Origin: an uncultured virus (IMG/VR IMGVR_UViG_3300047386_000382)
Taxonomy: Duplodnaviria > Heunggongvirae > Uroviricota > Caudoviricetes
Strand: one strand, 5' to 3'
Virus record (IMG/VR): IMGVR_UViG_3300047386_000382
Length of the DNA: 64,000 nt
This document shows, piece by piece, positions 59,372 to 64,000 of the stretch. The notes below the pieces were generated by a model, which was given only the letters and a program-made list of their open reading frames with translations, ran no database searches and was not told where the DNA came from. Position numbers and translations under genes: made by a program. The first letter of the stretch is position 1. Every line of letters starts with the position of its first letter.

Positions 59372-59662
59372 TTACCAGTTATTTTCTACTATATTAATCC
59401 ATACATAAGTACTAGCTCCTGTTCGCATGGCTAAATCTATGTAACTATTGTTGCCTGCTTCCCTGTATCTTAAGCTACCTACGTTTGATGCGCTAGCAGG
59501 GGCCGTATTATTAGTTAATACATTTCTACCTTGTCTTACAAATGTTGTAATTTGCGCAACTGACATGCTTTTGGTAGCATCGTTGTTGGCATCGTCCGAT
59601 ACAACAAACAGGTCATCATTGCTAACCGAATCTATTTGTGGATAACTACTTATTTTAGGCAT
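59372..59662 (-). CDS. Short fibre-like protein sharing its C-terminal domain with 51474..56633
   Basis: MPKISSYP start; ASASNVG.L.Y...GNNSY.D..M.TGA.TY.W.NIV.NNW. Confidence 0.75.
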   Translation of the reverse strand: MPKISSYPQIDSVSNDDLFVVSDDANNDATKSMSVAQITTFVRQGRNVLTNNTAPASASNVGSLRYREAGNNSYIDLAMRTGASTYVWINIVENNW

Positions 59663-59905
59663 TTATTCGTTTTTTGTTCCGTTTCTGCGGGGGTTCATAC
59701 CTCCTCTATTTCTATGTGATGTAACAAAAGTACCAGTATAGTGATCATAGTCCTTGCCTTTTATGTTTTTACCAGCTTTTTTGGCTGCACGGCGCTTTTT
59801 TTGACTATCTGCTCGCTTTTTCTTGCGGTCATCACTGTTAGCATACCGCAAATCACGCTCTTTTTTGCGTTTTGCGGCTGCCGTAGACAACTTTTGCTTA
59901 CCCAT
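59663..59905 (-). CDS. Basic protein with a degenerate HNH-like end
   Basis: K/R-rich; GKDYDH...HRNRG; first gene of the late arm. Confidence 0.6.
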   Translation of the reverse strand: MGKQKLSTAAAKRKKERDLRYANSDDRKKKRADSQKKRRAAKKAGKNIKGKDYDHYTGTFVTSHRNRGGMNPRRNGTKNE

Positions 59906-59968
59906 CTAATTCTTTTTTTGTATATAATAGTAATTTACACACTTTTCATTGTTTTTACAGGTGCAGAG

Positions 59969-60014
59969 GTGACATTTGCCCACTATTATATATACCCTAA
60001 GAAGCTACCGTCAC
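59969..60014. promoter_or_regulatory. Gapped inverted repeat GTGACATTTGC-N24-GCTACCGTCAC
   Basis: Homologous to the elements at 3673 and 61699. Confidence 0.6.
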
Positions 60015-60232
60015 ATATTTTAGGTACCCAAATAAATTAAGGGGTGTGTTTTTAAAAAAAGTATCAGATATTTAGAGGTTTGGGGTTATATACTATTTTT
60101 TTACTACATACAACAATTTTAAAACCATTTTTATTTGACCGGGTTCCCCTGTTTTTTACGGATTATCCGGAATCTTTTGGCTTTTGCCAGGGTTTTACAG
60201 TAACTATCCGGCTTTTCCCCAGGACTGCCAGG

Positions 60233-60268
60233 TACGCGGAGCGTAGTGTATAGCATACGCGTATAGCA
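60233..60268 (+). repeat. Mini-hairpin TACGC-GGA-GCGTA plus 2x GTATAGCA
   Basis: Same architecture at 60954 and 61609. Confidence 0.75.
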
Positions 60269-60270
60269 TT

Positions 60271-60304
60271 TACAGCTCGGACACGGCTCCTTTCCGATAA
60301 TATA
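60271..60304 (+). promoter_or_regulatory. Early promoter-like motif, copy 1
   Basis: TACA-N6-ACACG-N9-CGATAATATA, continuing into TATATTTG (Bacteroidota -7 box). Confidence 0.8.
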
Positions 60305-60325
60305 TTTGAATCTAAAATTACAGAT

Positions 60326-60454
60326 ATGAAACGTAAATTCAATCACAAACAAATAATCGTCGGAGTAATCGTAACGGCTTACCTGACCATGCTGATCGGC
60401 GGTATCGTAACCGTATTGTCCAACCTTGATTCCGTATCGTACGGTATCTACTAA
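60326..60454 (+). CDS. First early gene; small membrane protein (42 aa)
   Basis: Translated by hand: MKRKFNHKQIIVGVIVTAYLTMLIGGIVTVL... Confidence 0.65.
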   Translation: MKRKFNHKQIIVGVIVTAYLTMLIGGIVTVLSNLDSVSYGIY

Positions 60455-60465
60455 ACCTAATAACT

Positions 60466-60621
60466 ATGAGAGTAAGAATTGATACGAAGAACTGGATGGG
60501 CAACTATAGCAGCCGGGTCCAGACGTTCAACGGGGAATCCCATCTCCGTAACTACATACGATTCATGGGCCACCATGAGATCTATTCGAAGATCATCGGG
60601 GTCGAGGTCCTTACAAACTAG
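60466..60621 (+). CDS. Early hypothetical protein (51 aa)
   Basis: Translated by hand; stop lies inside promoter copy 2. Confidence 0.65.
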   Translation: MRVRIDTKNWMGNYSSRVQTFNGESHLRNYIRFMGHHEIYSKIIGVEVLTN

Positions 60622-60645
60622 ATACGATCCCTTACCGATAATATA
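60612..60645 (+). promoter_or_regulatory. Early promoter-like motif, copy 2
   Basis: TACA-N6-ATACG-N9-CGATAATATA. Confidence 0.8.
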
Positions 60646-60666
60646 ATTGAATCTAAAATAAATAAA

Positions 60667-60810
60667 ATGTCTAAAACAATTACCTTAACTCAATCTGACT
60701 ATACTAATATAACCAAAGCTTTCTTCTTCTACCTTGAAAATGAAAAGTTTTTAAACCTTAGTCAAAAAGAAATTGATTCAATACTTGACACTAACTCTAA
60801 AATCCAATAA
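60667..60810 (+). CDS. Early hypothetical protein (47 aa)
   Basis: Translated by hand; resembles 61896..62033. Confidence 0.6.
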   Translation: MSKTITLTQSDYTNITKAFFFYLENEKFLNLSQKEIDSILDTNSKIQ

Positions 60811-60811
60811 A

Positions 60812-60934
60812 ATGAACTATAATGATATCATCAAACTAATTCAATTCTTTCACTCTCATAAACTAAGTGATGAAGAGATTCAAGATAGAGAGTATTTAAT
60901 GGACTTATACGATAACTTTAAAGAAAATAACTAA
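60812..60934 (+). CDS. Early hypothetical protein (40 aa)
   Basis: Translated by hand. Confidence 0.55.
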   Translation: MNYNDIIKLIQFFHSHKLSDEEIQDREYLMDLYDNFKENN

Positions 60935-60953
60935 AATGAAAAAAGCCCCAAAG

Positions 60954-60997
60954 CACCCGAAGGGTGTATAGCAAATGTATAGCATTTGCGTATAGCA
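60954..60997 (+). repeat. Mini-hairpin CACCC-GAA-GGGTG plus 3x GTATAGCA
   Basis: Read directly from the sequence. Confidence 0.75.
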
Positions 60998-60999
60998 TT

Positions 61000-61033
61000 T
61001 ACAATCCTAACACGAACTACACTCGATAATATA
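61000..61033 (+). promoter_or_regulatory. Early promoter-like motif, copy 3
   Basis: Exact spacing match. Confidence 0.8.
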
Positions 61034-61076
61034 TATGAAACGAATTTAAAAGTATAACAATTAAAAATTATAAATT

Positions 61077-61217
61077 ATGAGTATAAATGAAAAATTAAAA
61101 CAACTGTACCAACGTTATGACTTCTTGATAGATTGTGACAAATGGGTACAAGCTAAGACAGTTCAAAAAGAAATACAAGAACTTGAACTATTACGTGAAG
61201 AGTCATATACAAACTAA
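61077..61217 (+). CDS. Early hypothetical protein (46 aa)
   Basis: Translated by hand; ends YTN* inside promoter copy 4. Confidence 0.6.
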   Translation: MSINEKLKQLYQRYDFLIDCDKWVQAKTVQKEIQELELLREESYTN

Positions 61218-61241
61218 ACACGAAGTAAAGTAGATAATATA
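61208..61241 (+). promoter_or_regulatory. Early promoter-like motif, copy 4
   Basis: TACA-N6-ACACG-N9-AGATAATATA. Confidence 0.8.
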
Positions 61242-61267
61242 AATGTAACAAATTAAAAATTAAAATT

Positions 61268-61519
61268 ATGTCAAATACAAATAACACACTAATCTCAAAA
61301 AGATTTATCATTCGAAAGTCTTTAATCGGTAAAAACATCAACGTCTCATTCACAGACTACGATGGTAAAGTACACAAGTATTCACATGACAAAGTATATG
61401 AGTTATGTAAGGAAAGATTCGACAACATGAAATGTTTCCAAAAGTACAAGTACTACTCTCAAACTTTTGCACTACCTAAGTTTGTAAGAGAGTTAGGTGA
61501 TGAGGTCTTAGTAAAATAA
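61268..61519 (+). CDS. Early hypothetical protein
   Basis: ORF track; AT-rich leader. Confidence 0.75.
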   Translation: MSNTNNTLISKRFIIRKSLIGKNINVSFTDYDGKVHKYSHDKVYELCKERFDNMKCFQKYKYYSQTFALPKFVRELGDEVLVK

Positions 61520-61608
61520 GACTTCATTCAACCCGAGTGAGGTGGTCTCTGGACGTCGGTAACCAACCCGAACTTTAATAAGACAAAGAATCCCAGTTGT
61601 AAACGTAC

Positions 61609-61641
61609 CACCCACCTGGGTGTATAGCATTGTGTATAGCA
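61609..61641 (+). repeat. Mini-hairpin CACCC-ACCT-GGGTG plus 2x GTATAGCA
   Basis: Read directly from the sequence. Confidence 0.7.
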
Positions 61642-61676
61642 GTGAGGTAACGAAAAGTAAAGTAACGAGCGGATCG

Positions 61677-61756
61677 GAAGCAATCAGTGACGTAAAGTGC
61701 GACACTAGCCTGTTATTAATAATACTTAACTAGCTAATGTCACATTTTATTGCTTC
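61677..61756. promoter_or_regulatory. Gapped inverted repeat GCGACACTAGC-N23-GCTAATGTCAC nested in an outer GAAGCAAT/ATTGCTTC repeat; origin candidate
   Basis: Lies in a non-coding gap of about 375 nt; AT-rich spacer. Confidence 0.6.
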
Positions 61757-61837
61757 ACCATTCTATTAGATGAAGAGAGAGGTGGTGTTATATCTACAAC
61801 ATACTTTTATATTCCATACTAACTATATATTTTTTTT

Positions 61838-61871
61838 TACAGTTTGAACACGAATCGGTGACGATAATATA
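61838..61871 (+). promoter_or_regulatory. Early promoter-like motif, copy 5
   Basis: Exact spacing match. Confidence 0.8.
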
Positions 61872-61895
61872 TATGAAACATTAAAACACATTACT

Positions 61896-62033
61896 ATGAC
61901 AAAAAGTATAAACCTTACTGAAAACGATTGTACTTTCGTACATTATGTATTACGCCACTATGCTAAGACCACACCGAACTTAGACAGTGAAGACAGAGAA
62001 GAGATCTATGAAGTAGCAAGTAAATTCAAGTGA
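61896..62033 (+). CDS. Early hypothetical protein (45 aa)
   Basis: Translated by hand. Confidence 0.6.
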   Translation: MTKSINLTENDCTFVHYVLRHYAKTTPNLDSEDREEIYEVASKFK

Positions 62034-62034
62034 T

Positions 62035-62217
62035 ATGAGTAAATTCAAACAAAATTTAAAAACTACACTTAATATGATCGGTTTAGAAGAGCTAAACAAA
62101 TATATAGACTGGGACGGTTTAGTCAAGGACTATAACCTGAAGAGTGGCGATGTACCACTGCACGACCTAGTAGAGTTAGAACGAATAATAGAAACGTATA
62201 TTAAAACAAATCAGTAA
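62035..62217 (+). CDS. Early hypothetical protein
   Basis: ORF track. Confidence 0.7.
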   Translation: MSKFKQNLKTTLNMIGLEELNKYIDWDGLVKDYNLKSGDVPLHDLVELERIIETYIKTNQ

Positions 62218-62219
62218 TT

Positions 62220-62417
62220 ATGAACAGTATAAAATTTTTAAAAGAGAATAAGATACGATTGAACGGTATAGTTTACAAACCTTACCTGATCGGTAACCTA
62301 CCACCGAGCTTTGCATTCAAAGAAAAGTGGTCAACAGACAACGACGGTAATGACTATGTAGTCGAAGGTATAAACGAGTGGTTTAACTTTAAAGGATTTA
62401 CCTATGTCAGTGAGTAA
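62220..62417 (+). CDS. Early hypothetical protein
   Basis: ORF track. Confidence 0.7.
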   Translation: MNSIKFLKENKIRLNGIVYKPYLIGNLPPSFAFKEKWSTDNDGNDYVVEGINEWFNFKGFTYVSE

Positions 62418-62613
62418 TATGAGAGAGCTACTAGCTTACAGTGCGGCGAAGAAAACCGAACGTGCTGAAGAGTGGAATGCAGAACGGTTGCAACACGGGT
62501 ATTGTAGGGGATTGAATCACCGCGAATATATGCGAATGCGAGTAAACGGTAAGTCGGTATTTCGCAAAGGTAAAGACTTTTCTCACCAACAGCGGTGGAC
62601 ATATACAAACTAA
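62404..62613 (+). CDS. Early hypothetical protein
   Basis: ORF track; ends YTN* in promoter copy 6. Confidence 0.65.
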   Translation: MSVSNMRELLAYSAAKKTERAEEWNAERLQHGYCRGLNHREYMRMRVNGKSVFRKGKDFSHQQRWTYTN

Positions 62614-62637
62614 ATACGATTACCGAACGATAATATA
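62604..62637 (+). promoter_or_regulatory. Early promoter-like motif, copy 6
   Basis: TACA-N6-ATACG-N9-CGATAATATA. Confidence 0.8.
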
Positions 62638-62656
62638 AATGTAAAATATAGAAATT

Positions 62657-62860
62657 ATGCCAAATATGAGTTATTGTAGGTACGAAAATACCTCGCTAGA
62701 TATGCAAGATGTAGTAGATACATTATACGACAGTGATGTCACCGAAGACTTAAGTACATATGAGACACGTGGCTTAAGAACCATACTAGAACTAGCTAAA
62801 GAAATAGTAGGTATGGAAGACAAAATAGATAACATAATTGATAACCAAGAAGAGCTATGA
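62657..62860 (+). CDS. Early hypothetical protein (NMSYCRYENT)
   Basis: ORF track. Confidence 0.75.
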   Translation: MPNMSYCRYENTSLDMQDVVDTLYDSDVTEDLSTYETRGLRTILELAKEIVGMEDKIDNIIDNQEEL

Positions 62861-63093
62861 GCAGTATTAATATAAAATACCTTACAGTACGCGACGTATC
62901 GCTAACGGTAAGTTACTATCATCATGCCGGTGAGCCAGCGGTTATGTACAACAAAGACGGGTCAGGTCACCCAGGTGAACCACCTTCAATTGAAATACAA
63001 GCGGTATATGCAGGTGAGATAGATATCTATGAACTGTTAGATGCAGATATGTTAGACTATATAGAGAATAAACTAATAGAAATTCATTACTAA
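62857..63093 (+). CDS. Early hypothetical protein
   Basis: Coupled ORF. Confidence 0.7.
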   Translation: MSSINIKYLTVRDVSLTVSYYHHAGEPAVMYNKDGSGHPGEPPSIEIQAVYAGEIDIYELLDADMLDYIENKLIEIHY

Positions 63094-63096
63094 ATT

Positions 63097-63264
63097 ATGT
63101 ATATAACAGTATTAGATTTTAACGATGGTAAAGTATACCAATACGAAGTAGGTTCAGGTATGCTATCAGGTGAGGATTATGAAGCTTGGATGGACCAGAA
63201 AGGTCACAATATAAGTAACATTCAGTGGATGCTTCACGAAGACAGTAAAATAATTACAAGCTAA
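63097..63264 (+). CDS. Early hypothetical protein (55 aa, MYITVLDF...)
   Basis: Translated by hand; ends in promoter copy 7. Confidence 0.65.
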   Translation: MYITVLDFNDGKVYQYEVGSGMLSGEDYEAWMDQKGHNISNIQWMLHEDSKIITS

Positions 63265-63288
63265 ACACGAAACACATACGATAATATA
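63255..63288 (+). promoter_or_regulatory. Early promoter-like motif, copy 7
   Basis: Exact spacing match. Confidence 0.8.
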
Positions 63289-63291
63289 AGT

Positions 63292-63483
63292 ATGAGAAAA
63301 TGTAAATGTAACAATATAATACCGGCGGGGCGAGTAAAGCTCGGGTACAACACATGCACAACTTGTTCAGACGTTGAACAGTATAGCTACGTACCCATTA
63401 TCGCACATAAGACCGGTAACACTATTCAAATCGTCAGTCAGGCAACAAGTGCTGCAGTGCACCGGTCATGGCGACGTAAATGA
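63292..63483 (+). CDS. C4 zinc-finger protein (DksA/TraR-finger-like)
   Basis: CKC...IP..R......C..C. Confidence 0.65.
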   Translation: MRKCKCNNIIPAGRVKLGYNTCTTCSDVEQYSYVPIIAHKTGNTIQIVSQATSAAVHRSWRRK

Positions 63484-63534
63484 GGGGCATCCAAGCAGGG
63501 TACACACCGGTAAATGACGTGCGGCCCCTCAACT

Positions 63535-63630
63535 GGGCGTGAAATGGTGGGACTGTTTACTTTGCGTTCTGAGCTTAGGCAAGACGTTCACTTAGTACAG
63601 TTGACGCAGGTTCGATTCCTGCCACGTCCA
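63535..63630 (+). ncRNA. Mini tmRNA-like RNA (tRNA-like domain only, G3.U70 Ala identity)
   Basis: Acceptor GGGCGTG/CACGTCC plus A; GAC-GCAGG-TTCGATT-CCTGC T arm; no D stem; long irregular helix instead of an anticodon arm. Confidence 0.75.
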
Positions 63631-63632
63631 CT

Positions 63633-63707
63633 ATGGATAAATATGACACTTTTATATGGTTAGCGATATTCTACACTGTGTTAATACTAGTGTGGTTTTT
63701 ACACTAA
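63633..63707 (+). CDS. 24-aa hydrophobic peptide MDKYDTFIWLAIFYTVLILVWFLH
   Basis: Translated by hand; single-TM character. Confidence 0.45.
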   Translation: MDKYDTFIWLAIFYTVLILVWFLH

Positions 63708-64000
63708 TCACAAACAAATAAAATTATTAATTATGAGTGAAATAACTAACCGACCCTATAACGGGTGGAATAATTACGCGACCTTTCGTGTTCACCACGA
63801 TATACTAAACGGATATCAGTGGGATGAGGACGAAGACATATACGTAGACTTACTAAAAGCAATAGTAGAGAATGCGGTATTTGAAAACAGCGGAGCAGTT
63901 GGTTTGATTGTAGACTATGCCAACCTGTTCCTAAATAATGTAGATTGGGAAGAACTAGTAGAAGTATATAATTATGACAGAGAAGCAGAGCAATCAAGCT
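63637..64000 (+). repeat. Terminal direct repeat or overlap, copy 2 (may continue beyond the window)
   Basis: About 96% identical to 1-364; contains a second allele of the 97..366 ORF starting at 63733. Confidence 0.95.

Larger units (their letters stand above)
1..64000. mobile_element. Near-complete or complete lytic Caudoviricetes genome (about 63,636 bp unit), podovirus-like, probable Bacteroidota host
   Basis: Terminase, portal, capsid, tail, lysis and replication modules are present. The ends overlap and there are two converging transcription arms. No integrase or repressor recognised. Confidence 0.95.

Noticed and set aside
51474..59662. Invertase-driven shufflon
   Set aside because: All repeats are direct, there are no inverted silent cassettes, and no site-specific recombinase was found.
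60131..60352. 73-aa minus-strand ORF
   Set aside because: It overlaps the hairpin/repeat cluster and the first early promoter, and has no supporting start context.
60271..63288. CRISPR array or integron attC array
   Set aside because: The repeats are gapped, non-palindromic and separated by hundreds of nt of ORFs. No cas or integrase gene.
63535..63630. Ordinary tRNA-Ala, or long-arm tRNA-Ser/Leu
   Set aside because: No D stem, and no 5-bp stem with a 7-nt anticodon loop could be folded.
1..64000. Stop-codon reassignment as in some crAss-like phages
   Set aside because: Long genes are intact in the standard code, and TAA, TAG and TGA all end coupled genes.

Overview
The window is essentially one complete, circularly permuted lytic tailed-phage genome of about 63.6 kb. 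Bases 1-364 recur, imperfectly, at 63637-64000. The host is probably Bacteroidota/Flavobacteriia, inferred from SD-less AT-rich translation starts and Bacteroidota-type signal peptides ending in Q. There are two converging arms. The + strand arm (about 60300, through the join, to 14658) carries many tiny early genes behind 9 copies of a conserved promoter-like motif, then a phage sigma factor, ERF recombinase, exonuclease, SSB, T7/Twinkle-like primase-helicase, a thymidylate-synthase homologue, MazG-like proteins, a resolvase and class I RNR. The - strand arm (59905 to 14738) carries fibres, GroEL/GroES, holin, terminase, portal, scaffold, major capsid, podovirus-type tail and ejection proteins including a 2735-aa polyvalent protein, and an M15 endolysin. 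I recognised no DNA polymerase, RNA polymerase, integrase, RT or CRISPR array. The most notable observations are: (1) a 96-nt tmRNA-like RNA reduced to the tRNA-like domain; (2) a ThyA homologue with the dCMP-specifying Asp next to a GIY-YIG/MazG fusion, suggesting cytosine modification; (3) three gapped inverted repeats, one over the start codon of an HTH protein; (4) hairpin+GTATAGCA clusters within and bordering a 1-kb GpC-depleted early segment; (5) codon-level conservation of the fibre GIGTTSP junctions; (6) a lone minimal nucleotidyltransferase inside the tail module. All family assignments are by motif recognition and gene context, not database searches.
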